This document shows, piece by piece, positions 24,301 through 38,353 of a DNA stretch of 64,000 nt. Both the position numbers and the translations under genes were made by a program. The DNA comes from Amphiscolops sp. MND2022 (taxonomy: Eukaryota): assembly GCA_964187785.1 (NCBI GenBank), contig OZ076409.1, forward strand, positions 60,328,001 to 60,392,000. The letters are read 5' to 3'. The notes under the pieces were generated by a model. It was not told the DNA's origin, did no database searches, and saw only the letters and a list, made by a program, of their open reading frames with translations. How positions within the stretch are numbered: the stretch's first letter is position 1; the number at the start of each line of letters is the position of its first letter.

Positions 24301-27008
24301 TTCAACAAATCCTGCTTTTTGTAATAGAAATTATATTCGAAGCACATTTGGCGGCTTTCATTCACATTTGCATGACTTTTTCAGGTGGCATCGATTTCAA
24401 AGAAAACCTACTTTTCATTTTACAACAAGTTGAACAAATTGTTGCATGAACAAAACCTGACGGTCAATTACAGTATTAAATTATCAGTGAACGGAACGGA
24501 TATTTTCAGCTTTGATCATAAAGTGATCAGTTGTTTTGCAATATCAAAATTCGTTCACAATTATTGACTATTTTGTTCGGGCTCATCAGAGCGGCATAGA
24601 TGAAAAGTGTTAACGGCGATTGAAAGATCATGCTTTACAGCTCGGACCCTTTGTGTTGAGAAAAAAGGATCCTGTATTTTGTGATTCGCCTTTGATAGGT
24701 GGAAATGAAACAACCGGTCATTAAAATGCGCATCCGATCATACGAACTTCAAGGGTCATCAATAACCTGAAAAGAATGAAAAGTGGAATTTTATTTTTTA
24801 ATCAATTATCTATTCTCTGCGGTTTTCATGTTTTGAGTGGTTTCGTTTTTGAAAAGCCAATTTTAGGAGTTCTCTACGTGTAGGCCTACCGACCCAGTTA
24901 GGTTTCCGTAAATTAAAGTTGTTTTCAACTTCAGAGCCGTAATTTTGGGTTGATAAAGAGTTGAGCTAAGTTGGGGTGATTTTGAAGAAACACTGGCGTT
25001 TTTTCGAAAGTTGAAAATTTTAACGCTATAAATTGAAATATGGAAAGAAAACAGAAAAAAATGACAAGCTACTTCTGAATTGGGGAAATATTCTGTTCGC
25101 ATCTAGCAAGCAAGTTTCAAAAAAGCTTACAAAAAGTTTGAACCAATTCTCCTTTTACAAAGAAAACAATAGCTTACTACCCCTGAATGCGATTGCGATT
25201 TTTTGCGACCAGAATGTCAAAATCGGATTGGTAGATATGTAGTCAAAATTTTGCAGGATTATTTCAAACCCCTTTGCAGAAACTGCTCGCAGCGTATTTT
25301 GGTCACTCGTCAAAGACATGCGGCGAAATTAAATCAAGTCATCGAGTTCTTGAAGCGAAATGCCAACTCGACTTCAACAAAACGTCGCCGTTTTCTCTTT
25401 AAATCTAACCGCGAGGTTGCCAAGAATTGCTGCTTTTTTGCTTCTTTCAAAGTTTCACCACTCCTAGGCAAGTACAAATATTTATATTGGCTATACGAAG
25501 CTTTATTTATTCGACAAACGGGCCAAGTTTTTTTCTGTTGCTAGCTTATGACTGAAGATCTTTTCGGAACTTCAATAGTTTGCAGGGAAGAATGAAGACG
25601 CAGTGAATACACAATCATTTGTGACGTTGTTTACACCGCGAGGGGCGAAAATCAATGGTCCAAAAAGTAGCCTTTGGTGCAAAATAGCTTTAATAAAGTC
25701 GCTTCTTAATTTATGCGCTTCAAATCAACCCCGAACTCAAACAACCCGTACTCAAAAGGGTTCCTAAATCAATGCTTGTAAACCCATGGGAAGTGTAAGA
25801 CTTAACAAACGGCTGAAGTATCGTCATTTCAGGCATTTGATTTCCACCATCAAAGGTTACCCAAAGTAAGAACCTAATATTTGAAGTGATATCATGCTCT
25901 GATTTTTTGCCAAGTTAAATGGAATGTAACCAATCAAATTACATTCACTTTTCTTTAATCAGTCAACATGTTAGCTCTGATTTGAAGTTTCGACATTGTT
26001 GTCAACACAGACTTCAGAAAAAGAACCAGTTTTCAAGTCGCCGTATTTTCAACAACAAGTTTGCAAATTTTCTACACTGGCAAAAAATTCAATGAAACTA
26101 TCTTGAAAATCAATGTTCTCATTTATGTAAACAACTTTCAATTAAAATAGTTTCCTTGAAGGTACCCGAAAATCCAAAAAAAAAACGTAATTGAGTGTTT
26201 TTGTAAATCATCATTTGATAGCTTAAGAAGTTGCCACAAGTTCGTAATTACAGGGTTTGAAATCATTTTGTTAAATCACCAACTTATACAGTCCGATCTT
26301 TAAGTTTAACCTCAAGTAAAACTCATTTACAAATTGTAAAAACGTTGTAAGCATGAAATATTTTACCATCTATGTTAAGCTGTTCACGGCTGTGGACGCA
26401 TTCAGTTATTTAGTTTCGCTTGTTCTCTCGTGATTTCATAAGTTCGAAAAGTTCATACCATGTCGAACTTCCTAATTTTGAAAAACCATTTATTAGTATC
26501 ACAGCTTTTCATAATTCACCCTGTATTTAAACTACCTAGCATCGAAACAAGTTTTGATTCAAAGTATCAACTGAGGAAAAATATTTATATGAAAAGTCTT
26601 CCAATTTGTTAATTTCAGTATTGCGTGTTCTCTTGATAACTACCCAAATTTTCTCGAACGCGGTTTATGATAGGATTAGAAGAATTAGAAGGCAAATATA
26701 TGAAAGAGGCAGATTTTTTAGTCCAAACAGTGGATTCACGTGACAATAAAAGCGGAAGAAAAAACCAGGAAAAACCCATAAAGTGTTCAAACTGCAATCA
26801 TTTTGTACTAAAACATTAGTTCTCAGATCTTTTTGTTTTGATTTTGTTGATCTCAAAAACGTAGGCAAATCAAAAAGCAACAAATTTTTAGAAAATTTTT
26901 ATGAACTCTATCTATCGGAAGAATCAATACATTTCATAAAGAAACTTTTTGTGAATTGAGCCAATTTTCCTCAGATGCTTGTTATATGAACTGCCACATA
27001 AACTTAGA

Positions 27009-28015
27009 ACAAGCCGGGATCGGCCCAAGTCGGCACCATATCTAAGGCTCAAAAATACCAAAAGGACTTCAAAATGTCAAAGTATTGGTGAATTGGGGAC
27101 CCTTTTATGGAAAAATTTTTTTTTCGAAAAAAAGTCTCACAATGCCGAAAAACACTGAAAGAGGGGACCAATTGGGATTTTTCAAAATCCATTCTGTCCA
27201 AAAATATCAAAAAAAATGAAAGTGGGACCCTTCGGTGAAAAAAAAATTTTCGAAAAAAAGTCTCACAGAGCCGAAATTACTCTTTGGCCCCGTTGAGTTT
27301 CTTAAATGATATACAAATACCACTTCGTAAGCTAGGAATTGTAAGAAATTTGAGAATTGTAAGATTGTAAGAATTGTAAGAAAAGTGGACCATTCAGAGT
27401 GAAATTGTCAGCTGAAAAAGAAAACAAGACGGGATCGTCTCAAGTCGGCGCCATATCTAAGGCTCAAAAATATTCAAAGAACAACTATTGGAAACATTTG
27501 GAAAATTTTTTTTCAAAAAAAAATATTGAAATTTTTTTTTCGAAAAAAGTATTTTTTTTAGAAAATCGCACAATGCCACAAAAACTCAAAAAGAGGCCAT
27601 TCAGGCTCATTGAACGTTTTTACAAACCGAAAACTTCAAAAAAATGCAATTGATAGAATCCGAAAATTTTCGAAAAAAAGTCGCATAGTGCCGAAAAAAA
27701 ACCGAAAAAAATCAAACGAAACGAAACAAAGCTTTGGTCTCGCATCTACTTTTGGAAACATAAAAAATTTGTGGTTTAGTGCGAGAATCGAACCCACGAT
27801 CTCCTGCTTTTCAGAAAATTAGTTGAACAAATGTGAACAAATGTGAACAAAGATTGTAAGAAAAGTGGACCACTCAGAGTGAGATTGTCAACTGAAAAAA
27901 AAACTACTCACTGTAAGAGTCGGGCTTTTTTCCTTAAGGGAAAAGGCGCCGACTAAAAACTACCCACTGTAATAGTCGGGCTTTTTTCCTTAAGGGAAAA
28001 GGCTCCGACTAAAAA
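27009..28015 (-). mobile_element. Two nested DINE-1/Helentron-like elements (inner copy 27424-27959)
   Basis: Two ACAAG-hairpin-AAGTCGGC termini (27009 and 27424), and two consecutive stem-loop termini ending CCGACTAAAAA (27959 and 28015). Confidence 0.8.
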
Positions 28016-28399
28016 CACCTGCAAAAGCTGCAGACGTACAAGAAGAGTTAATAATTAGCTCAGTTGGAGAATTTACAGATAAACACACACCTGAGAAAAA
28101 CATACAGTAACTGAATGTACAAATGATTTGATAAATAATAAAATCAAAAATACTATACCGAAACGCAACACAATCGTTCAGAAGGGATAAAACTCAATAG
28201 ACTGAAAACTGCGAGAAAATATATATTTTTAAAAGACAGTAAGAAGATGAGCGTCTTGATCAAAGACGAGGAATAAAAACAAGATACCAATTGCAAAACT
28301 GCGTTAAAAATGTCTACAACTATATTTATAGAACATCAATGGCTATCATATGTAATCAGTAATCACGTCTACCGAAGGTAGATCCCGACAATATGAACA

Positions 28400-28750
28400 A
28401 AATCTTTGTTTCGTTTGGCCGGATGCTGACTTGAAACGTTGACCGAAGTAGTCTTAGTAAGCTCTGTAAGTGAAGTGTTTGAGAAATTGATCCAAAGGCG
28501 CATCACCAAATTTTTCGCCAAGACATATGGTATTACATCAAGAATCAATGGGGGTTTTGCCAACTTTAGGACTCTTGCAGCGGCAATAATTTGTCAATGC
28601 TTGCTGATGTTACTACTACGTTAGGCGCAAAGAAAAGTCATAGTTTGACGATGCGAAGAGAAACACTTGCAGTTTTTGACTGGAAGGCAAGTAATAAAGT
28701 AACAATCAGTATTGACCAATGCGAGGTGATGTGCTTTCGATCCGCAATTC
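28400..28750 (+). pseudogene. Highly decayed LINE reverse transcriptase remnant
   Basis: LVSSVSEVFEKLIQRRITKF resembles the RT segment SLLSxxSKxFEKxI. WKASNKVTISIDQCEVMCF resembles WxxxNxLxxNxxKxxxMxF. It is frameshifted and has large deletions. Confidence 0.5.
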
Positions 28751-29054
28751 TACTATTGGACTACTATTTAAGCAACCAATCTCAGTCGATTCAATGTCAA
28801 ATTTCCACTAGTGAGAAATTATTGGGACCTTGTGAGTTGCGACCACACAATCCGTTGTTATTGCAATCTGATAGATTTGGTACTCAGCTGTAAACCACTG
28901 AGCTACCAGGTCCACACTACCGAGAGTCTTACTTTCTCTCTTGAACTTTTCTTATTCAAGCTTTTTTTATCACAACTCACCATGAGAGTGAACAATCTAA
29001 CTTTTTCTTTGAATGAAAATTAGGGAAACACCGGTCCAATTTCAAACATCTTGT

Positions 29055-29386
29055 AAACAATTTAATTCAGCAGAAAAATAGTTGATCCAATCAAGGTTTC
29101 GACTCACAGATTTTACACGTGAGTTCTTTGTTATAGAGTTCGTCACACCTTCTGACGAAATTGCCTTCCTGTGTTCTAGAACTCTCACAATTTCACAAAA
29201 TCTCTTCAAAATCAAGCAATCATTGCGTATTGTGCTTCTGCAAAGCGACTTCTGCAGAAGCACAATAGGCAATGATTGTTTAATAATTAGGAGAATTTGT
29301 GTGAGATTTTCTGAACACAGGAAGGCAATTGCGTCAGAAAGTGTAACGAATTCTATAAAAAATATCTTCTGCAGTTTTAATTGTTT
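29055..29386. repeat. Long imperfect palindrome (foldback)
   Basis: Core arms of about 110 bp (about 29131-29242 and 29252-29358) are reverse complements, for example CAATCATTGCGTATTGTGCTTCTGCA and TGCAGAAGCACAATAGGCAATGATTG. Weaker outer pairing reaches about 29055/29386. Confidence 0.85.
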
Positions 29387-29731
29387 ATGGAATAAATTTT
29401 GAAGAGATTCAAAAAGAGTAATTCAGACAACTCCGGTTTGGATCCCCAATTACTAACTACATGAAACGTTGAAAGTTATCACTACTTTTGCGAGAAAAAA
29501 TATCACAGGACTACTCCCTTCCATATACAGGAAAACATTAACCAAAGAAAGTCACTCGCCGATTCTTTACTGATAACGAATCAATGGCCCACTGGATTGA
29601 AACTGCTGTCGATGAAATTTTAAAAATTTAGAAGCATTACTTCCATGCAAAAAAACAATGTTTAATACATAATCCACTTGTACGTTGTTGACAATAGATA
29701 TCGTTTTCAATGTATGAATTAAGTCATTTAC

Positions 29732-32700
29732 TCCACTGATGAAAGCATTACCCATCAAATCGACAATTGTGTCAAGAACTGGAAGATTGGATCCTTTTAG
29801 AGATGTTTATTGTACTGTGACTGGGTATCAAACAGACTCAAATGAATAAACTATTCTTTTATTTTTCCATATTCTGTAAAAAACGCCATTGAAACTCGTC
29901 AACTCGTCGGGACAAGCTATCCGGTCGCGTATTTTGCGTTTGCTTTTCTGAACAAATTTCTACTGAAGGAAAGATTCAGATATAACAAACAAATTTCGGA
30001 TTCATTGAAAATGTTGCTCTTTTTGCAAAACAGGGGAGAGTTCGAATTCAATCAACTTCGAAATTTTTCCAACTGAATTTCAGTAGTTGCCGAGATGCTG
30101 AAGGGAAAATATTTGCTGAGCTGAAACCATTCTTTCATAAATGTACCAATTAAATGTAGATATAAAAAGTGTTTCTTTGAATTTTTGTTAAATTTTGTAC
30201 TTCGACAGTTTTGGCTGTACAGAACCATTTGCGTAGTTTTTTCTACCAGTTGCAAAGGGTTCTTTTCAAACTTTGAGTGACGACTGGCAGCAGTTTTTTG
30301 TTGGCCTTGCCTTTAAAAATTGTTTAGGGTTTGAGATTTCAAACGTTTAGCAACATCCTCTGAGTAAGATCAATGTGAAAAATACCTGACGCTGTAGTTT
30401 TACTAGTACGACTCAACACCAAGATTTGGTTCGAAGTTACACATAATCAGCCAGGAGAAAAAATTTTGCGCTTCTGTTTCACTAATGCTGAAGTAGAATT
30501 ATGTCTCGGTTTTCGACGCCATTGCTACGAATTACCCTGGAGAGTTTGAGGACAGTTTAGCGTGAAACAAAACGTACGAATAAAGATGTGCATTCACTTC
30601 ATCCAACAGTCTTTTCACCCCAAATCGTTTTGCTCCAATTTTGCTCCATATCATTTCACTCCACGTTCAGTTCATTCCGCACTCATTTCACCCCATGTTG
30701 ATTTCAACCCATATTTTAGGTATTTGAAAGCGTCTCGCCCGTATCAATCGATTGACAACGAAACGTTGTTTCCCATTGCCCAATTTGTCTCAGCTTTGTT
30801 TGATAAACTGATTCTGGCCATGCGGAAAATTAAAAAGCGGAAAACGTAATTTATTTCTGAAGGTTTGCATTATTCGTACTTGAAACTTCAATTACGCAAC
30901 GAGAGCTTTATGGTAAAAGTTGCGGAAAAACTCTCATAGTCTGATTCATGAATAGTCCGAAAACGGGATGCACCATAAAGAGGCTCATTTTCATCATAAC
31001 CAAAACGCGATGATTATGTATGTTAATTAGTGTATTATGTTAATTGATGCATTTGAGTAAAAAATTGTGTATTGAAAACAAAAAATTGAGTAAAATAATT
31101 GAGTATAAATATAAAAAGTTTTAAGCATATCGTGCATCAGAATTTTGCTCCCACACAACAACTAATACCCATTTGAAATTTTTCAACTGTGAAACGCTCG
31201 CGTTGAAGACTAAGAACACGTTTTAAATATGAAAAAAGTCGCTCAATCTCGGCACTGACCTTTCGCGCGTACTTCAATTTCTAAATATCTTATGGGCTTG
31301 CATAAAAACTAGCGACTTGGTCATCTATCTCGCAGCACGGCTGCTAGTTTTTCAAAATAGTCCACTGATGAAAGCATTACCCAATAAATCGACAATTGTG
31401 TCAAGAACTGGAAGATTGGATCCTTTTAGTTTATTGTACTGTGACTGGGTATCAAACTGACTCAAATGAATAAACTATTATTTTTCTATATTCTGTAAAA
31501 AACGCTATTGAAACTCGTCGGGACAAGCTATCCGGTCACGTAGTTTGCGTTTGCTTATCTGAACAAATTTCTAATGAAGGAAAGATTACATGATTCAGAT
31601 ATAACAAACAAATTTCGGATTCATTGAAAATGTTGTTCTTTTTGCAAAACTGGGGAGAGTTTGAATTCAATCATTTCCGATTTTTCCCAACTGAATTTTA
31701 GTAATTGCCGAAATGCTGAAGGGAAAATATTTGCTGAGCTGAAACCATTCTTTCATAAATGTACCAATTAAATGTAGATATAAAAAGTGTTTCTTTGAAG
31801 TTTTTGTTAAAGTTTGTACTACGACAATTATGGCTGTACAGAACCATTTGCGTAGTTTTTTCTACCAGTTGCAAAGGGGTTTTTTTCAAACTTTGAGTGA
31901 AGACTGGCAGCAGTTTTTTGTTGGCCTTGCCTTTAAAAATTGTTTAGGGCTTGAGATTTCAAACGTTTAGCAACATCCTCTGAGTAAGATCATTGTGAAA
32001 AATACCAAATGCTGTAGATTTACTAATACGACTCAACACCAAGATTTGGTTCGAAGTTACACATAATCAGCCAGGAGAAAAGATTTTGCGCTTCTGTTTC
32101 ACAATCACACTCTAATGCTGAAGTAGAATTATGTCTCGGTTTTCGACGCCATTTCTACGAATTACCCTGGAGAGTTTGAGGACAGTTTAGCGTGAAACAA
32201 AACGTACGAATAAAGATGTGCGTTCACTTCATCCAACAGTCTTTTCACCCCAAATCATTTTGCTCCAATTTTGCTCCATATCATTTCACTCCACGTTCAG
32301 TTCATTCCGCACTCATTTCACCCCAGGTTGATTTCACCCCATATTTTAGGTATTTGAAAGCGTCTCGCCCGTATCAATCGATTGACAACTAAACGTTGTT
32401 TCCCACTGCCTAATTTGTCTCAGCTTTATTTGATAAACTGATTCTGGCCATGCGGAAAATTAAAAAGCGGAAAACGTAATTTATTTCTGAAGGTTTGCAT
32501 TATTCGTACTTGAAACTTCAATTACGCAACGAGAGCTTTATGTTAAAAGTTGCGGGAAAACTCTCACAGTCTGATTCATGAATAGTCCGAAAACGGGATG
32601 CACCATAAAAAGGCTCATTTTCATCATAACCAAAACGCGATGATTATGTATGTTAATTAATGTATTAAGTTAATTGATGCATTTGAGTAAAAAATTGTGT

Positions 32701-32989
32701 ATTGAAAACATAAAATTTAGTAAAACAATTGAGTATAAATATAAAAAGTTTTAAGCCTATCGTGCATCAGAATTTTGCTCCCACATAACAACTAATACCC
32801 ATTTCAATTGTTCAACTGTGAAACGCTCGCCTTGAAGACTAAGAACACGTTTTAAATATGAAAAAAGTCGCTCAATCTCGGCACTGACTTTTGGCGCGTA
32901 CTTCAATTTCTAAATATCTTATAGGCTTGCATAAAAACTAGCGACTCGGTCATCTATCTCGCAGCACAGCTGCTAGTTTTTCAAAATAG
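29732..32989. repeat. Head-to-tail tandem duplication with 1,629-bp units (29732-31360 and 31361-32989)
   Basis: The units align colinearly with scattered substitutions and small indels. TCCA occurs at 29732, 31361 and 32990, i.e. at all three breakpoints. Confidence 0.93.
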
Positions 32990-34170
32990 TCCAGGTTAAG
33001 ATTTTTTCGAAGTACCTGATCCAGCCTTTTCTTGTGCTTCGTCGTCGCCAAACTGTTTAACGACTTTTCAAAATCTTCAATTAGCTTCACACTTTCAATA
33101 GGTGGCAGCCTACCATTGACTGCTCCAACTGAGTGATTGAAGCAGATTAATTAGGGCTTCAACTGATTACTCCAAGTAACTGATGATCTTCAACTGATTG
33201 ATGATCTTTTTCCAATTGATCGATATATTCGCAGATTTTCGTGAAACTTTCACAATAAAAAAACGCTTTGCATCCATGTACCCCATAACGTATTCACAAC
33301 TTTGGGAGGCAAGTGCAAACCAGTGATGTTCTTTAAGTCTCGCTTCCCGCGTCCAGATTTTGATAGGAATTTTTTCATAGAAAATAGAAATTTATCCACA
33401 ATTTCATGTTCAATACGAATAAATTCTGCAAGATAATGTAGCCTATGAGCCAAGCAAGTCACGTGCTGGTTTGCAGAAGGTTTGCAAACATGCTGTTCTT
33501 CATATTTTCTCGAGTTTGTATAATGTAGCTAGCAGCGTGACTAACCAGAACTCTCACTTCTTCGTATGAATTTTTGTGTCCATATTTTTTTACCGGGCTG
33601 GAATTGATGAATTGTGTCATCTTAGCAATGTCGGTTTTTGGCAACTCAGCGATATCAATCAGTGAAGGTTTTCCATAGCCCTCACCATCGAGAACTTTCA
33701 TCAACGTCAAGGAGTTTTCTTTACCTTGTAATCGTTCTTTAATTTGGCGAGCATTTTAGAGAACTCACTTTGGAGGTAGTTTTTTCGGAGGGTTGACTCA
33801 CTGGGAGCTTTTTTCGGGTGTATTTTTCCAAAAATGCTTTGAAATCATGATTATCATTTTTTGATTGAAGAATATTCGCTTTTACGAACGCCTGGACCGT
33901 ATTCCGATGACAAACACTTTCTGTCCACGACGATGTTGGTTGATCATCTAGGAATAACTGTCTGCGCAATGTTGCGGCAACATTGTGTTTGTGTTTGTTT
34001 GATTCCACATGCGTTTTAACCCGGAATTTGACTTAATCATTGTAATCGATTACCTGCGGACAAACTTGACAAACAACTTGATTGGTAATCGAGTTGATTT
34101 TCCAAACATTTCGCGCTCACTAAGGTTTGATACAAACAAAGATCTTGGTATTTGCTGTTTTGGTATAGCT
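32757..34170 (-). pseudogene. Decayed hAT transposase of the CGGBP-like group
   Basis: Minus-strand fragments occur in the expected order: CQVC...HVESNKH zinc finger, AFVKANI..NHDFKAFLEKYT, TCLAHRLH (CxxH), NTLWGTW (TRW-like) and YAPKVSAEIERLFSYLK (catalytic E region), ending at a TAG near 32757. There are many frameshifts and stops. The C-terminal part is duplicated at about 31130-31360. Confidence 0.85.
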
Positions 34171-37100
34171 GTTTTTTGTGTGAATGTGTTTAGAACAAAG
34201 TTTTATGACTTATAGACAGAGATAATACAACTAAAACGATGCTGTACTGCGCTTTATCAAACAATTGAACCTGAAAACAAACAACTCCTTTGTTAAATGT
34301 AATTATTAGTCAGATCCAATAGAGAGAATTTACACAATTTGAGTGAAAAATTGAGAAAAAAAAACATTTTATTGAGTAAAAAGGTAAACATTGAGTAGTT
34401 GCGTAAAATATAGAATACTCAAGGAATTACTAGGCCTTCCTGTAAGTGAGGATTAAAGATGTGTCTTTGTAGCGGATCAGGTACTTTTTGGTGCGCTTCG
34501 AGATCGGCTGTTTTGTTACCGTTACATAATCAGCCCCTGTGCTAGGTTTAATAAATCGGCGCGTTCGCTATGCCTGATATTAGTCCATTTGGAGGCGCCC
34601 CTTTCCATTGATTGATGTTGTTTTTTTTTGTTTTCGTTCTCAAAGAAAGCATATTTTATCTAATGGGTATTTAGATTCCGGACGTGTTTCTTTTAGCATT
34701 AAGAGTGAAATTGTGTCACCAAAGGTCATTAATCTCAGACGCATGTGAATAATTAAAATGTGGGGTGACATGAAAGTGTTTTGAAACAAATGTGGAGGTA
34801 AATGATTTTGGTGTAAAGTGATTTTGGAGTGAAATGGTTTTGACCCGCAAACAAAATGTCCAGTCTTCAATTTTTTTGATTATGAATAAGCCGCAAAATG
34901 ACTGTTAAGTTGGTCGTGATGAAACTCAGATTACACAAACAAAGCTTCAATTACCAATACTTTGAAAATTTGATGGATGCAGTCTCTAGCAGCGGATGAC
35001 CGAACTCTAAATACTGGGCATTTGCTACAAGAACATTTGCTTCGGAGCCACTTACTACCAGAGACGTTTGCTACTACAAGCAAAATGCTACTAAGCTAAT
35101 TGCTACTTTTTGGGTGCTCCTACACAGTGATCAATCAGACTAATAGGTGAATGATGAAAATCAACTTCGCTGAAATATTTGTCAAAATTGGCCTTCAAAT
35201 AAGCCGTGACCATGTTAACAAGGACCTAACGGTGGATTTGCTCGTCTTTTTTAGACACTCAAAACTAGAGGAGCTGACCGATAGTCCCATGGTTAACAGT
35301 TATCAACCTCATAGTTAGTATTAGTAGCAAATGTCCTAAAGGCAAGCGTCCTGTAACAGTAGTAACCACTCTTCAAGTTCTGATGACCAAATATGATGTG
35401 AATTCGTCAAGATTTCCATTGAATAATTTTGAATTTTGTGTTAGCAAGTATATTATTGTATCAGAGCTAAAAAAAAGTATGCTTTCCGTTTTGTCTTTGC
35501 CAGTGGTCGGGGTGTTTGCAATCTGTTAACAGAATAGCTAAAAGTCGCGTTTTTAAAGATGCGCCGTACCAGATTTTATGAAAACCTAATCAAGTTTTGA
35601 CTGCTTGCAAGAATACATTTTTCCAAGCTTGACCCCTGGATCCAGGGTCGACATGGTATTCGATTAGGTATCTTCTTGTAGTAACATTTTGCTCTAAACA
35701 AGGGAACTTCTGTCCAAATGATTTTTAAACAGCGAGATTTGCTCAACAAGCGGGCTCCTAAATTTTTCTGTTCACTAGAGTCCAAGAAATTGGACAAATA
35801 AAGTACCGTGTTTTCCGTGTTATGATGGATGCTCTGAATGTAAGACACTTACCACGAATTTTATTGGTAATTTCAGAATAATTTGCCCTTATGTGTACTT
35901 TCATAGCTGAAACGCCGTGTCTGGTAGTAGCTGATTGAAAATCTAGTGATAAGTTGGTTTACGATTGATCAACAGCTCTACTAATGAAATTTTCATTTGT
36001 TGGGCAAAATCAAAACTTTGAAACGACTTTCTCGTTTTAAAAATGTAAGACGTCTTCGTTTATAAAACGTCGTGTAGCCCATCGCGGAAATAAAAGGCAT
36101 GCCTGACAACAGAACATGACAGGTGTCAAGGATTATATCGCAAAACTTGTATTTGTCAGATTGGAATAAACACAATTCATGCAACGAAAATTTGGAACTC
36201 TGATTTGAGTTTCGATGATTTTGATTTTGTTCTTTGGCTCAACACGATGCTGAAACAAAAATTTTTGAAATCGAGAGAAACTGGAAAAAATATCGCAGCT
36301 GTCGGAAAATCGGTGTTTGTTTTCGAGGGAAGCTTTTTTGCGCGTGAAAATCGTACTAATAAGGAGCTTCTGATTTTAATGATTTTTTTTAAACCGTACT
36401 GAATCGTTTTTCATAACTTGTATCTTTTGGGAACGTTTCTCCGCAATCGATATTTGAATATTTGAATTCATTTGTTCAGATAAATATTGAAAGTATAGAG
36501 ATATTCCTTCAAAACGTTTTTTGTCGGCTACTTCACACGACATGAAAGCGATAGAACACAAAAGTGTTTTAAACATGTTGGCGAGATAAATCTGTTGGCG
36601 TAATTTTCCCCATTATTGACTTTCTTTGATAAAAATTGATGTTGAAAGGCAATACGACGAAAACCCCGACAAAAGAGCTCAAAGTGCAAATTTGCACCGT
36701 TTTTGTAGGAAAATTAGCTTTGAGCAGGTCGCCTGAATGTTTGAGACATGTTTCAGCCAGAAGGTTAAAAACCATACAAGACTAATTGAAAGTGTCGCAA
36801 GAATCATTCATGCTACATATTACTTCTTCGAGTTTTCTTGAAGCTTGACTCAGCTTGACTCAAAACTAGCTTGACTCAGAATTTAGAACACTGAAGAGAA
36901 TTTTTGACCGTGAATAATAACTTTCTTTAGAAGTTCGGAGAAAAAACATATTTAGGCTCTCAACGTCTTCACACATTCATAACGACTTTTAAAACAAAAT
37001 CGAAAAATGCACCATAAATAATCAATAGCTGTAATAAAAATTGATTCATCATTGCAATCTATTTAAAGTTTGTGGATATTACTTTCGTCAGCATCTCCAA

Positions 37101-38353
37101 AACATAGCTGGAAACTTGTAACTTTAAAGATACTTTTTTGAAGCGACTTTTTAGAAAAAATTTAGTATGATTGTTAAAAGGACTAAAAAATCCTACCATA
37201 TGGCATCTTGAATATAGAAAAAAACTATTTTCACCAGAATTATTGTTTACTCAAAGCAAAATCTCTATTTTCTGAAAAAGAAAAGGCCTTTTTTAAATTA
37301 TGAACAGGATTTCGTTCAACAAGTCTTTTTGAGGGACTATTTCTCTACTTTTCAATTGAGGAAATTAATTCATAGCTGACGGAATTTTTGGTCAGTGACG
37401 CAAAATAAACTCCAGTTTCGTTTCCTGACTCGTCTTTGAAAACAGGATTAGAACCCAAATTGATTTTCACTCAATTTAATTGCGCGTCACCTGATAATTC
37501 TGGCAAATATTTGGTTTGAGTCATAACATCAGCGGATTACCTTTTTTCATCCTTTTTCAGGCTTTCTCAACCTTTTTTGTTGCCTTTTTTAAGCTTTTTG
37601 CATTTTTTACATCACGTGCTGGAGACATTGTCGCCGGAATGACTGCTTCGGTGGAGAAAATGTCTGACTTGAAGGGAAATTATTAATCTCCAAATTGATT
37701 GCTTCCAGTGATGATAGTCTCTGTAATTTCTGAAAAAAATGGAGAGAAAAATGATCAGGACTTCGGTGAGATTGGAAGTAGTCTTGAAATGCCTTGACAT
37801 GGAAAACAACCAACAAATGGAAGACGGAATGAAAAATGACCTGAAGTCAATTTTTGTTTTACGGTCTGTCAAAGAAAAGATTTATAAGGCATCTGTCACT
37901 TGAGCAAAATATATTTTCATTTTTATTCAGCTGGGAAACTGGGAAGCAAGACGTCAAATGGGCAGTTTTGTGGAAATATTATTAGCTTGAAGTAGTAAAA
38001 ATCAATATCAGTGGAAAAGCAAGTTGCAACTGGGTAGATAACGTTTATTAAAGGTCATTAATTTCCCCCAAAAGTGATTTGACTTTAAGGTTGTTTAAAA
38101 AAAGGAACTCGCTAGAACATGGCGTAGAAGCATTGATTTGATGATCCTAAAAAAGATTTAATGCTGCTGTTATGAAAATAAGTTCTGAACTCTATAAGTT
38201 GTGATGTATTTTCAGGCACTCTAAATCTTACTTGAGAACAAAAAGACTCGATTTTAGTTCCAATTTTTTTAAACATCAAATTAACTGAATTTGGATTCTG
38301 AACTTTTAACGTGAGTCCGGTGTTTTACCATTTGTTGATCATGAGACATCAAC

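Noticed and set aside
11770..27000. Many 60-120 aa ORFs in the ORF track
   Set aside because: They are low-complexity F/K/L-rich translations of AT-rich intron and repeat DNA, often with non-ATG starts, and show no recognisable domains.
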